Below, piece by piece: positions 1 through 11,615 of a DNA stretch of 64,000 nt. Below the pieces are notes generated by a model that did not search any database, was not told the DNA's origin, and worked only from the letters and a program-made list of their open reading frames with translations. Source of the DNA: an uncultured Chloroflexia bacterium (GTDB lineage Bacteria > Chloroflexota > Ktedonobacteria > Ktedonobacterales > Ktedonobacteraceae). Numbering within the stretch: position 1 is the stretch's first letter; every line of letters starts with the position of its first letter. The stretch lies in assembly GCA_963702765.1 (NCBI GenBank), contig CAVPEB010000014.1, positions 1 to 64,000 on the forward strand. Reading direction: 5' to 3'. The position numbers and the translations under genes are program-made.

Positions 1-45
1 TTTTCTCTCCCCTTGCTGGTATATCGAAGCCTCTACGCCTGGTTC

Positions 46-892
46 TCAGCCGGTCATTGACGCCAGAAAGCGTTGCAGCGTTATTCGTGTTACAGCATTC
101 GGTGTGTAGATCATGATCCTGATATCTGGATTGGTGAGTACCTGTAAATTAAAATGTTCGAATTCCAGATATCCTAACGTTGGATGCTCAATAACTTTGT
201 GACCGTCTAGTGCGCTACGAACATCATGATGTGGCCACCACTGACAAAATTCAGAGCTGACTTGTTTCAAATCCTCAATCAGTTCCTCGAACCAGGGATC
301 CCCAGGATAGCGAGCACTGGCCGTACGGAACTCTGCTAACGTGGCCCGCGCGACCAATTCCCAATTAGGGCGCTCTCGCGTCATCGGGTTGGTGAAGAGT
401 CTCCATACCATGTTACGGGCGTAAGGAGACGATGCATCCGAAATGATGTCCGCAATGGAGAAAAGAGCGTCGGCAGCTTTGTTCCATGCCAGATAGTCGT
501 ACCGTCTTCCCAGAACATACGCGGGACTCGGGTTGAGGTCATCCAGCACTTGTTGGAGCGCTGGACTGATGCACTCATTCTGCAGGAGAATAAGGAGGGG
601 GAGGAAGTGGTTGACCAGCAAGCAGAAACAGATGCCGACGCTCATTGGGTGTCAGTCTGAGCGCTTGAGCCAGGCTTTCTAGAACTGCCGCTGAGGGATG
701 CACATCACGTCCTTGCTCCAGCCAGACGTACCACGAGGTGCCCATATTGGCAAGTTGCGCAACTTCCTCACGGCGCAAACCTGGTGTCCTTCGGCGAAAG
801 CCAGGTGGCAAATCCACATCAGTGGGAGACAGGTGAGCCCTTCGCTGGCGTAAAAAATCGGCGAGAGCCTGGCGACGCTCTTGCTCCTGCAT
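46..892 (-). CDS. XRE-family HTH regulator with MmyB-like C-terminal ligand-binding domain; reading frame broken into two overlapping ORFs (575..892 and 46..645)
   Basis: N-terminal ORF has an HTH_XRE-like segment (EVAQLANMGTSWYVWLEQGR); the ~200-aa C-terminal ORF has the length and character of an MmyB-like domain; the frame switches near a G-run at ~600-640. Confidence 0.55.
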
Positions 893-1076
893 CTGAGCTG
901 CTCCTTTATCCTGGTGGTCATAGACCTATGATCAAGTAACCCTGGTACTCATATTACGCCCATAGCATACTCAAGGAGAGCAACAGCGTCAAGATGCTAT
1001 TTGCACCTGGCGAGAGGATTGCTCCTATTCAGGAAGAAGAATGTTCTTCCAGTATTCGCAGAATCGAGAGAGGTGC

Positions 1077-2021
1077 GTATGTCTCTACAATTTGGTGTGT
1101 CCCTGCCGCAAGGCTGGAACATGGAACTGGCAGGCATCAAGGATCCCATTGAAGCCTACGAGGTAATGACGCGTGTCGCGCAGACCGCTGACGAAGTCGG
1201 TTTCGCATCCGCCTGGCTTGTCGATCACTTTCATACGACCCCACGGCCATCTCAAGAAGTCACGTTTGAGTGCTGGACGACCACAGCCGCTCTTGCGCGT
1301 GATACCAGGCGTATTCGCATTGGTCAGACGGTCACATGCAACGGCTTTCGCAATCCCGCCCTACTCGCCAAAATGGCCAGCACGGTCGATATCCTTTCTC
1401 ACGGGCGACTCAATTTCGGCATTGGGGCTGGCTGGAACGAGCATGAGTATCGCGGTTATGGCTACGACTATCCCGATACTGCTGAGCGGCTGAGACGTCT
1501 CGGTGAGGCCGTGCAGGTGATCCTGGCCATGTGGACTCAGGAAGAAGCAGTCTTCGAGGGAAAATACTACCAGGTACGCGGTGCGATCAACCAGCCCAAG
1601 GGAGTCCAGCAACCGCATATCCCCATCCTGATCGGCGGCGGTGGCGAAAAGGTAACCCTCAAACTGGTTGCGCAGTACGCCGATGCCTGTAATGTGTTTG
1701 GCGATCTGGAAACGATCAAACACAAGTTCGACCGTACTCAAAGCCCACTGTGAAGCCGTCGGACGCGATTACGAGAGCATCCACCGAACGGCAGGAGCCT
1801 TCTGCTGTATCGGCGAGACCAACGAGCAGGCGCAGGCCAAGTTCCCACCCGCACTCCTGGGTCGTCCTGTGGCCGCAGGAGCGCTGATTGGCAGCCCGGA
1901 GACGATCCGTCAACGCCTGGTAGAGTTAGAGGCGATCGGTGTTCAAGAAATCATCCTCGGGTTCCCCGATATCCTGCAACTGGATACATTGCGCTTCTTT
2001 GCGCACGAGTGTATTACATAA
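1077..2021 (+). CDS. Luciferase-like monooxygenase (LLM) family oxidoreductase, probably F420-dependent; frameshift near 1735-1745
   Basis: ORF 1001..1753 (likely ATG 1077 after GAGAGG) has an LLM-like N-terminal/central region; the C-terminal part continues in ORF 1668..2021 in another frame (..LKAHCEAVGRDYESIHRT..). Confidence 0.6.
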
Positions 2022-2148
2022 ACTGGAAAACGCTAGACCAATAAAACGATGGCCGAAGCTTCGATCCGAGACTCCTTGCATTGTGATAAATTCTCTGACT
2101 ATAATCAGAGAATAAGAAGTCACTGCGTAAGAATGTTTGGAGGTTTGC

Positions 2149-3035
2149 ATGGAGATGCCCTTGGTTGAACAGGTTCGAAGCTTCAATCGCACGATGACTG
2201 AACGTATTGGCGTATTAAACGACCACTTCCTGGGTCGAAACCATCCTCTCGGCGAAGCACGGCTGCTGTGGGAGATCGGAGAACAGGGGGCTGAGGTGCG
2301 AGAACTGAGAAGTCGGCTTGGGCTTGATTCTGCCTACGTCAGCCGCTTGCTGCGTTCGCTCGAGGGGCAAGGCTTGATCGTTGTTGAGACAAGTGGCGAT
2401 GATGGAAGAGTGCGCATAGCCCAACTCACGGAAACTGGCCTTCGCGAGCGAGCTGAGCTGGATCATCGAGCCGATGCCTTTGCACAATCGCTTCTGGAAC
2501 CGCTAAGCGAGAGCCAGAGATTGAAGCTCGTGGCAGCCATGGCACAGGTCGAGAGGCTGCTGATCGCATCACAGGTCTCAATCTCCCTCGCTGATCCAAC
2601 AAGCTCAGATGTGATATGGTGTTTCGAGCAGTACTTTGCAGAACTAGGCGAGCGTTTCGAGGACGGTTTCGATCCAGCTCTGCAGCATTTCGGCGCATGC
2701 AGCACGAACTCATGCCTCCCAGACGGACTGGTACTCGTGGCGTATCTGAGAGAGGAGCCAGTCGGCTGTGGCGCGTTGAAGATTCACGAGAACTCCATCG
2801 GAGAGATCAAGCGCATGTGGGTCGCACCCCGGGCACGTGGACTTGGCCTTGGACGGCGTCTTCTGGAGGCTCTGGAGCGCCACGCACAGGGAAGCGGGAG
2901 TTGACGGTTCTGCACCTGGAAACGAACCGCAGCCTCATTGAAGCTATCCAGATGTACCGGGATTGTGGATACCAGGAAGTGGATGCCTTCAACGACGAGC
3001 CGTATGCTCACCATTGGTTCGAAAAACGCCTTTGA
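2149..3035 (+). CDS. MarR-family HTH fused to GNAT N-acetyltransferase; frameshift near 2890-2905
   Basis: Winged-helix MarR-like N-terminus; GNAT motifs (..VGCGALK..RMWVAPRARGLGLGRRLL..) continue after a frame change into ORF 2616..3035; GGAGG RBS 5 nt upstream of ATG 2149. Confidence 0.6.
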
Positions 3036-3102
3036 ACAAGTAGAAGAGACTCTGCCTCTCCGAAAAAAATGCAACTAGAGGAACAATAAAAGGAGTGAAA
3101 TA

Positions 3103-3510
3103 ATGGCCGAAAACGAATTTCCAACGGAAGGAGTTGCTCTGACCCTCCTGTTGGTAGTCAGCGATATGGAACGCTCGCGACACTTTTATCGCGATGTGTT
3201 GGGAGCTACAGTCTATCGTGAATATGGCGGCACATCATGCGTCCTCAGTTTTCAGGGAGCCTGGCTGCTCCTGGTAACTGGCGGTGGGCCTACAAAGGAC
3301 AAGCCTACGGTTACCTTTGCGCCACCGACACAACCAGATATTGTGAGTCATGAGTTGACAATTCGCGTGCCAGATTGCCAGGCCGCCTACGAGATACTCA
3401 AGAAGCGAGGCGCTACCTTCCTGACATCACCAGTTGATTGGGGTGGAGAGATCAGATGCTTTTTCAGAGATCCAGACGGTAACCTTCTTGAGATCAGTGA
3501 GGCCAAATAG
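3103..3510 (+). CDS. VOC/glyoxalase-bleomycin resistance family protein (copy 1)
   Basis: 135-aa ORF with VOC-like fold signature; ~98% identical to 6681..7088. Confidence 0.7.
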   Translation: MAENEFPTEGVALTLLLVVSDMERSRHFYRDVLGATVYREYGGTSCVLSFQGAWLLLVTGGGPTKDKPTVTFAPPTQPDIVSHELTIRVPDCQAAYEILKKRGATFLTSPVDWGGEIRCFFRDPDGNLLEISEAK

Positions 3511-3522
3511 ACATCTTTGTGT

Positions 3523-3539
3523 GCAGTTCCAGGAACTGC
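3523..3539. terminator. Short GC hairpin (gcagttcc-a-ggaactgc) between convergent genes; weak intrinsic terminator candidate (also at ~7101-7117)
   Basis: Inverted repeat followed by a T-poor tract; position between convergent CDSs. Confidence 0.3.
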
Positions 3540-3550
3540 TTTGACTTTCC

Positions 3551-6500
3551 TCACTCCTCAGCCAGGCGAAGTTTTTTGTTAATCGCTGACCCCGTTACAA
3601 CACGCACCATGATGATCAGTGCGAGAATATAAATGCTCACGAGTGTAAGCAGGACGAAGGGAATCCATGTTGGCACTATGATCTGTGTTGATAGCAAGGA
3701 TTGTAAGGCAAAGAATTGTTCGTTGCTCAGATTTGAGTTGAGATCTGTAAATGTGAGAGATGGAATCACCGACATGATGAGGAGCGTGCCAAAGCCTGCT
3801 CCAAGAAGCAAGCCTGTTATATAGACGATGGATTGCTCCCAAATTAAAATATTCGAGGTCTGCCTGCTGCTGGCGCCAAGCGCTTGTAGTGTGATATAGC
3901 TCAACTGTCTTGTGCGTGCGCTTAACCATGAAGCTAGCACTCCTCCAACCAGCGCCACGAGAAACGCGGTTGCTGTCCCCAAAATGAGCACGCCATCCAA
4001 GACGAGATACAGCGGGTCAGATTGCAAAGTAGAAAGTAGCAAGCGTCGATCGACGAGATGAGCAATACTATACTTTGGATTATCAAGAGCTGTTCGTACA
4101 CTTGCTACTGAAGCTGCATCATTTTTCGTACTGCAACCAGATTTGATTCATAAGCGGTGGAATGGTTTGTCCAGAGATATTCTTGCTCTTTTTGAGATCC
4201 TGCTGATAGGCATTGAGATAGGTTTGATAATCGATTAATACACCACCCGTCACAACAGGGTTGATAAGCGTATTGATGGTTGGGATGCGATTCACCACGC
4301 CAATCACGACACAGTGTATGCTAGAAGGATTGACACTAGATACCGACATGGTGAAGAAAGAACCAACATGAAGCAGTGACTTATTGATGGATGTTTGATC
4401 AACAATAGCGGGTACAACATCGCTTGTGGTTGGAGTTTTCCGGAAAGAGACTAGCTGTGACAAAAGCGGGCGCATAGACTGGTAATCAATTTCTGAAGAC
4501 CATGTGACCGTCTGACCGTAGCTAGAAGCATCGACAGCTTGAAGATTCAGAGGAAGGTTAGCGGTTCCTCCATAGCCCTGTCCAACGAAACCTACATTGG
4601 CAGAGAGTACACCTGGTATAGATTGGTACTGGTTCGTGACCTGTGAAACGCTGGTTCCTGGCACAAGCAGTTGCGCGCTAAAGTCCGCGCCCGTTTGATA
4701 CGTGACAATTTCTTGTATATGCTCGGCTTGCGTTGTCAGAAAGACAAGTGTGAAGAGAGCAAAAGAGGTCGCAAGCGCGAAGAGCATGATCATGCGTAAT
4801 GACTGTCGTGGCGAGCGCGCCGTCTGTGTAAATGCAAGCATGATGACCGCGCCTCTTCCTCTCGCGGCAAAGCGTGCCCCTAGCCTTAGAAAGAAAGGGA
4901 AGATACGCAGGAAAAGCAGCAGAAAACCTACCATCAGGAGGAGAGGCGCGATAATCGATAAGGGAGTCGCAATGAGAACCTGTGCATTGCCTTGCAACGC
5001 TGGTCCGATACTCGTTACATAGAGAGAGAAGCTATACGCAACCAGTGCGATAATCCCCGCTATCACATCGAGTTGGAGACGCTGCCAGAGCGGACGATTG
5101 CTACTGCGAGTCGCCTCGCGTCGCAGTGAGAGAATATTCATGCGAGAGGCCATGAAGAGTGAAATGCCCATGGTAAAGAGTGCAATAAGCGTGATTGCCA
5201 GGGCGTACCAGATCGATCCTAAAGTAGTTTGAAATGGATGACTTGTTATACTATTCAAGGCGTCTAGATCTGCCGGCGGCAACACGGACTGTGAAATGAG
5301 CAGCACGGTAATTGTTGCTAAAGGCAATCCGATCACAAGAGCGATCATTCCCAACCCGATGCTTTGTAGAAAGAATGCGCCGAAAATCTGCGTTCGGCTG
5401 GCTCCACGACTTCGTAAAAGCGCTATGGTATCCTGCTGGCGATCAACAAGCAACGTAGTCAACAGGCTTATAAAAAAGAGGATAAATGAGAGGATGAGTA
5501 AGGTAAAGACGCCCGTGGGAATCCGTGCCACATCGATGCGGCTTTGAAACGCGTCGAGAATGCTGGCATTCCCGTTGAAGTTAAGCGCTTGTCCCGCGAG
5601 CTCGACATGTATGAGATATGGATATTCTATCGTGAAATCAGATGATCCTCCATTCTCCAGGTATCCGTACTGACTATCGAACGTTGTCTGAAGCCCTGCT
5701 AATTGGCCAATAAGCGTATCGAGTCCATTGATGTCAAGCTGTGAGGAATCCAGTTGGTAATGCCAGATAAAGCTGTAACCACTGGAGTTCAGAGTATGAA
5801 TTGCATCCGTATGGTTGATAGAGACAAGGTGATCGATAACTGCCAGCAGAGCAGTATCTGAGACCAGGAAGGTATACTGGGACAGCGTTGATGTACTTTC
5901 AAGGGCAAGTTTAACTGGTTTGAAATCTTCACCATGCCAGTAGGGAGCTTGCGATGAAGTCAAATTGAAAAGCCCGGCCACACGTGCAGTGATCAGCGCG
6001 GTCAGTTGTTGAACACTGTTATCAGGATGAAATACGACGTATTGGAACGTGAGTTTGAATGTAGATCCGATATGAACACCCAACAGCTGCGCAGTATCCG
6101 GAGTCATCATAATTTCGATCACGCTCGATGGGACGCTGCTCGTTTGAGCAAGTTGACCCTGTATCACACGTAGATGAGGAGCCGCCTGTTGCATTGAAGT
6201 GCCATAGATGGTGAGCGATGTATTTTTTTGTGGAGGATCAAAGGAGAAGTCCTCGCTTAAAATGGCGAAGAGATCGGGTTTGATGGTGTTTCCTAAGTAA
6301 CGATAGAAAAGTGGATCAAATTGATCGTGGATTTTCTGTGCAACCGGCGTCGATATTCCATTGGCTTGTGTAAGCAGTTGAATATCAGCGCTATCGGTCG
6401 TTGCCCTGAGCGTATTGCGAAGCCCGGCAGTCAACATGACATTGGAAAGGAGAGGTATAGCAGAAGCGATGACAATGGCTGCGATCATGCCGAGTGTAAT

Positions 6501-6617
6501 GAAAAGGAGTAGGAACCATGTTTGCCGTAACTGCCAGAAAGCCAATGTCGTAAATGTTGGTATCAACAAACGAATCCTGTGCCTTTGTCGCGGCTGTCTT
6601 GCTCCAGGCATACGCAC
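3551..6617 (-). CDS. ABC transporter permease, FtsX/MacB-like family with large extracytoplasmic domains (~1180 aa as one gene); 1-nt insertion frameshift near 4050-4140 splits it into 832-aa and 163-aa ORFs
   Basis: Several FtsX-type TM bundles separated by large soluble domains; compared with copy 2, the sequence ..tactgcaacc.. vs ..tacgcaacc.. shows a 1-nt indel giving ..QIWLQYEK*. Confidence 0.7.
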
Positions 6618-6680
6618 CTCATTTCATACACTTATCAATGGGAATGTTATTCTCGTATCTTAGAAGGTTTAGGCAAATGA

Positions 6681-7088
6681 ATGGCCGAAAACGAATTTCC
6701 AACGGAAGGAGTTGCTCTGACCCTCCTGTTGGTAGTCAGCGATATGGAACGCTCGCGACACTTTTATCGCGATGTGTTGGGAGCTACAGTCTATCGTGAA
6801 TATGGCGGCACATCATGCGTCCTCAGTTTTCAGGGAGCCTGGCTGCTCCTGGTAACTGGCGGTGGGCCTACGAAGGACAAGCCTACGGTTACCTTTGCTC
6901 CACCGACACAATCAGATATTGTGAGTCATGAGTTGACAATTCGCGTGCCAGATTGCCAGGCCGCCTACGAGATACTCAAGAAGCGAGGCGCTACCTTCCT
7001 GACACCACCAGTTGATTGGGGTGGAGAGATCAGATGCTTTTTCAGAGATCCAGACGGTAACCTTCTTGAGATTAGTGAGGCCAAATAG
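6681..7088 (+). CDS. VOC/glyoxalase family protein (copy 2)
   Basis: Identical to copy 1 apart from 2 aa (Q>S, S>P). Confidence 0.7.
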   Translation: MAENEFPTEGVALTLLLVVSDMERSRHFYRDVLGATVYREYGGTSCVLSFQGAWLLLVTGGGPTKDKPTVTFAPPTQSDIVSHELTIRVPDCQAAYEILKKRGATFLTPPVDWGGEIRCFFRDPDGNLLEISEAK

Positions 7089-7128
7089 ACATCTTTGTGT
7101 GCAGTTCCAGGAACTGCTTTTACCTTCT

Positions 7129-10100
7129 TCACTCCTCAGCCAGGCGAAGTTTTTTGTTAATCGCTGACCCCGTTACAACACGCATCATGACGATCAGTGC
7201 GAGAATATAAATGCCCACAAGTGTAAGCAGGACGAAGGGAATCCATAGTGGCACTATGATCTGTGTTGATAGCAAGGATTGTAACGCAAAGAATTGTTCG
7301 TTGCTCAGATTTGAGTTGAGATCTGTAAATGTGAGAGATGGAATCACCGACATGATGAGGAGCACGCCAAAGCCTGCTCCCAGGAGCAAACCTGTTATAT
7401 AAACGATAGCTTGCTCCCATATTAATATATTCGAGGTTTGCCTACTGCTAGCGCCAAGCGCTTGTAATGTGATATAGCTCATCTGTCTTGTACGTGCGCT
7501 TAACCATGAAGCTAGCACTCCTCCAACCAATGCCACGAGAAACGCGGTTGCTGTTCCCAAAATGAGCACTCCATCCAGGACGAGATACAGAGGGTCAGAT
7601 TGCAAAGTAGAAAGTAGCAAACGTCGATCGACGAGATGAGCAATACTGTATTTTGGATTATCAAGAGCCGTTCGTACACTTGCTACTGAAGCTGCATCAT
7701 TCTTCGTACGCAACCAGATTTGATTCATAAGCGGTGGAATGGGTTGTTCAGATAGATTCTTGCTCTTTTTGAGAACCTGCTGATAAGCGTTGAGATAGGT
7801 TTGATAGTCGATCAATATGCCTCCTGTCACAACAGGATCGATAAGCGTATCGATGGTTGGGATGCGATTCACCACTCCAATTACGACACAGTGTATGCTA
7901 GAAGGATAGGCGCTGGACACCGATATGGCGAACAAGGAACCAACATGAAGCGGGGATTTATTGATGAACGTTTGATCAACAATTGCGGGCACGACATCGC
8001 TTGTGTTTGAAGTTTTACGGAAAGAGACTAACTGTGACAAAAGCGGGCGCATAGACTGGTAATCAATTTCTGAAGACCAGGTGACCGTCTGACTGTAGTT
8101 AGAAGCATCGACAGCCTGGAGATTCAAAGGAAGGTTAGCGGTTCCTCCATAGCCCTGCCCAACGAAACCTACATTGGCAGAGAGTACACCCGGTATTGAT
8201 TGATACTGATTCGTGACCTGTGAAATAGCTAGTTCCTGGAACAAGCAATTGCGCGCTAAAGTCAGCACCCGTTTGATACGTGACAATTTCTTGTATATGC
8301 GCAGCTTGCGTCGTCAGAAAGACCAGTGTAAAGAGTGCAAAAGAGGTCGCAAGCGCGAAGAGCATAATCATGCGTAATGACTGTCGTGGCGAGCGCGCCG
8401 TCTGGGTAAATGCAAGCATAATGACCGCACCTCGTCCTCTCGCTGCGAAGCGTGCCCCTAGCCTTAAAAAGAAAGGGAATATACGCAGGAAAAGCAACAG
8501 GCAACCTACAATCAGGAAGAGAGGCGCGATAACCGATAAGGGAGTCGCAATAAGAACTTGTGCATTGCCTTGCAACGCGGGTCCGATACTCGTTACATAG
8601 AGAGAGAAGCTATATGCAACCAGTGCGATAATCCCCGCTATCACATCGAGTTGGAGACGCTGCCAGAGCGGACGATTGCTACTGCGAGTCGCCTCGCGTC
8701 GCAGTGAGAGAATATTCATGCGAGAGGCCATGAAGAGTGAAATGCCCATGGTAAAGAGTGCAATAAGCGTAATTGCCAGGGCATACCAGATCGATCCTAA
8801 AGTAGTTTGAAATGGATGACTTGTTATACTATTCAACGCGTCTAGATCTGCCGGCGGCAACACGGACTGTGAAATGAGCAGCACGGTAATTGTTGCTAAA
8901 GGTAATCCGATCACAAGCGCGATCATTCCTAACCCGATGCTTTGTAGAAAGAATGCGCCGAAAATCTGCGTTCGGCTGGCTCCACGGCTTCGTAAAAGCG
9001 CTATGGTATCCTGCTGGCGATCAACAAGCAACGTAGTCAACAGGCTTATAAAGAAGAGGATAAATGAGAGGATGAGTAGAGTAAAGACGCCCGTGGGAAT
9101 CCGTGCCACATCGATGCGGCTTTGAAACGCATCGAGAATGCTGGCATTCCCGTTGGAAGCTAAGAGCTTGTCCCGCGAGCTCGACATGAATCAGATATGG
9201 ATATTCTATCGTGAAATCAGATGATCCTCCATTCTCCAGGTATCCATACTGACTATCAAACGTTGTCTGAAGCCCTGCTAATTGGCCAATAAGCGTATCG
9301 AGTCCATTGATGTCAAGCTGTGAGGAATCCAGGTGGTAATGCCAGATAAAGCTGTAACCACTGGAGTTCAGAGTATGAATTGCATCCGTATGGTTGACAG
9401 AGACAAGGTGATCGATAACTGCCAGTAGAGCATTATCTGAGACCAGGAATGTATATTGGAATAGCGTTGATGTACTTTCAAGGGCAAGTTTAACTGGTTT
9501 GAAATCTTCACCATGCCAGTAGGGAGCTTGCGATGAAGTCAAATTGAAAAGCCCGGCCACACGTGCAGTAATCACTGCGGTCAGTTGTTGAACACTGTTA
9601 TCAGGATGAAATACGACGTATTGGAACACGAGTTTGAATATAGATCCGACATGAACACCCAACAACTGCGCAGTATCCGGAGTCATCATAATTTCGATCA
9701 CACTCGATGGGACGCTGCTCGTTTGAGCAAGTTGACCCTGTATCACACGCAGATGAGGAGCCGCTTGTTGCATTGAAGTGCCATAGATGGTGAGCGATGT
9801 ATTTTTTTGTGGAGGATCAAAGGAGAAGTCCTCGCTTAGAATGGCGGAGAGATCGGGTTTGATAGTGTTCCCTAAGTAACGATGGAAAAGTGGATCAAAT
9901 TGATTGTGGATTTTCTGTGCAACTGGCGTCGATATTCCATTGGCTTGTGTAAGCAGTTGAATATCAGCGCTATCGGGCGTTGCCCTGAGAGTATTGCGAA
10001 GCCCGGCAGTCAACATGACATTGGAAAGGAGAGGTATAGCAGAAGCGATGACAATGGCTGCGATCATGCCAAGTGTAATGAAAAGGAGTAGGAACCATGT

Positions 10101-10196
10101 TCGCCGTAACTGCCAGAATGCTAATGTCGTAAAGGCTGGTATCAACAAACGATTCCTGTGCTTTTGCCGCGGCTGCCTTGCTCCAGACACATGCAC
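7129..10196 (-). pseudogene. FtsX/MacB-like ABC permease, copy 2, with at least 2 frameshifts (ORFs 7129..8286, 8135..9187, 9021..10196)
   Basis: Three successive overlapping ORFs in three frames, all homologous to the copy-1 permease. Confidence 0.7.
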
Positions 10197-10276
10197 CTCT
10201 TTTCATGCACTTATCAATGGAAATCTTATTCTCGTATCTTACAAGGTTTAGATACGTCGAGTAAAGGGATAACACC

Positions 10277-10324
10277 GAGATCCTTCGCTCGACGCTCAGG
10301 ATGACAAGACATGCGAAGGATCTC
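10277..10324. repeat. Dispersed repeat family A (GAGATCCTTCGCT..CTCAGGATGACA) as a stem-loop with 12-bp inverted arms (gagatccttcgc / gcgaaggatctc)
   Basis: Direct sequence; second copy at 10339..10368; relatives at 15362, 47835, 47907. Confidence 0.7.
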
Positions 10325-10338
10325 GTACCCAGTGTGTG

Positions 10339-10368
10339 AGATCCTTCGCTCGACGCTCAGGATGACAT
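10339..10368. repeat. Dispersed repeat family A copy
   Basis: gagatccttcgctcgacgctcaggatgaca, identical to 10277..10306. Confidence 0.7.
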
Positions 10369-10395
10369 TCGATTGACGATTCGTTTCTCTTCTTA

Positions 10396-10468
10396 TGAGT
10401 CAAACGCACAGGGCCACACCACATCCTACATCCACATCCACATCCCACATCCCACATCCCACATCCCA
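10396..10468. repeat. Microsatellite-like (CACATCC)n / (CCACAT)n tract
   Basis: catcctacatccacatccacatcccacatcccacatcccacatcccacatccacat. Confidence 0.8.
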
Positions 10469-10673
10469 CATCCACATAGTCCTTGCCCAAACAATTGGGA
10501 TATACAGTGATCCTCCAATGCAGTCGATATGACTTTATGATATATTGAATTTTAAGAAGCGAGGACAGGGGCAAGCCCAGTCTCCTATTATATACGAGCC
10601 TGGGAAGGCGACTCATCGTGTATAGTTGGGGCACTGGCTATCCTAATTCTTACGTTAACGTTTATGTATACAC

Positions 10674-10712
10674 CCCAGACCCTGGCAAAGGACTCCGTCC
10701 TCTGCACTCCTG
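10674..10712. repeat. Dispersed repeat family B (..CCCGGCAAAGGACTNCGTCCTCTGCACTCCT)
   Basis: Shares a core with 15791, 15881 and 29026; contains the GGACNNNGTCC palindrome. Confidence 0.65.
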
Positions 10713-10747
10713 ACTTTTTGATTTCCCTATGATAGGAGTATTATTAT

Positions 10748-11581
10748 ATGAGCGTTATACCGCGCTTGAACCGATTGCTTGCCAGTGATGGGCATTGTTT
10801 TGATGTTGCTATCGATCATGGTTTCTTCAATGAACGAGCCTTCCTGGACAATATTGAGGATATGAAACGTGTCGTCTCAACAATCATTGAAGCCAATCCC
10901 GATGCGGTTCAGCTAAGTCCCGGCCTGGCGCCATTGCTACAGGAGGTTCCTGGAAGAGCCAGGCCTTCACTCGTCTTACGCACCGATGTTGCGAATATTT
11001 ACGGCAAATCATTGCCCAGCTACTCGTTCAGCCGATTGATTGAGGATGCGGTAGAGCAGGCGCTTGCACTCGACGCGGCATGTGTTGTAGTAAACTTGTT
11101 TTTGATGCCCGATCAGCCCGAGCTACACGCCCAATGCATTGAGAATATTTGCCGCCTGAAACCGCAGTGCAACCGCTATGGCATGCCACTGATGATCGAG
11201 CCTCTCGTGATGCAAACGAACTCCAAAGGTGGAGGCTACATGGTTGATGGTGATCTCAACAAAATCCTTCCCCTGGTACGCCAGGCAGTTGAACTCGGCG
11301 CCGATATCATCAAAGCCGATCCATGCGATGATGTATCCCAGTATCACAAGGTGATCGAGATAGCTTCTGGCCGACCTGTGCTCGTGCGCGGTGGCGGCAA
11401 GACAACCGACGAAGAGATTGTGACACGCACCTACCAGCTTATGCGCCAGGGGGCAGCAGGGATCGTGTATGGACGAAATGTCATTCAACATCAGCACCCT
11501 GCCCAGATGACGCGTGCGCTCATGGCTCTTGTTCATGAAGAAGCGACCCCAGAACGAGCTCTCAAGCTTCTATATGGTTGA
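10748..11581 (+). CDS. Class I aldolase, DhnA/FbaB (DeoC-like TIM barrel) family
   Basis: 277-aa ORF with a class-I-aldolase-like TIM-barrel signature; AGGAG RBS upstream. Confidence 0.55.
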   Translation: MSVIPRLNRLLASDGHCFDVAIDHGFFNERAFLDNIEDMKRVVSTIIEANPDAVQLSPGLAPLLQEVPGRARPSLVLRTDVANIYGKSLPSYSFSRLIEDAVEQALALDAACVVVNLFLMPDQPELHAQCIENICRLKPQCNRYGMPLMIEPLVMQTNSKGGGYMVDGDLNKILPLVRQAVELGADIIKADPCDDVSQYHKVIEIASGRPVLVRGGGKTTDEEIVTRTYQLMRQGAAGIVYGRNVIQHQHPAQMTRALMALVHEEATPERALKLLYG

Positions 11582-11615
11582 AATCTGTGGTAATGCCCAA
11601 CTTTGTCATAAAGAA

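Larger units (their letters stand above)
3103..6680. repeat. Tandem direct duplication, copy 1 of a ~3578-bp unit (VOC gene + giant permease)
   Basis: Near-identical (~97-98%) to 6681..10258; identity starts at the VOC ATG and ends just upstream of the permease start. Confidence 0.85.
6681..10258. repeat. Tandem direct duplication, copy 2
   Basis: See copy 1. Confidence 0.85.

Noticed and set aside
10277-10470. Possible CRISPR array (short direct repeats)
   Set aside because: There are only two repeat copies with a ~32-nt gap, no regular repeat-spacer periodicity, the same repeat occurs dispersed elsewhere (including inverted), and the adjacent (CACATCC)n tract is a microsatellite.
10296-10634. 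112-aa minus-strand ORF
   Set aside because: It spans the repeat and microsatellite cluster; its Cys/Gly composition derives from the (CACATCC)n tract; there is no RBS.
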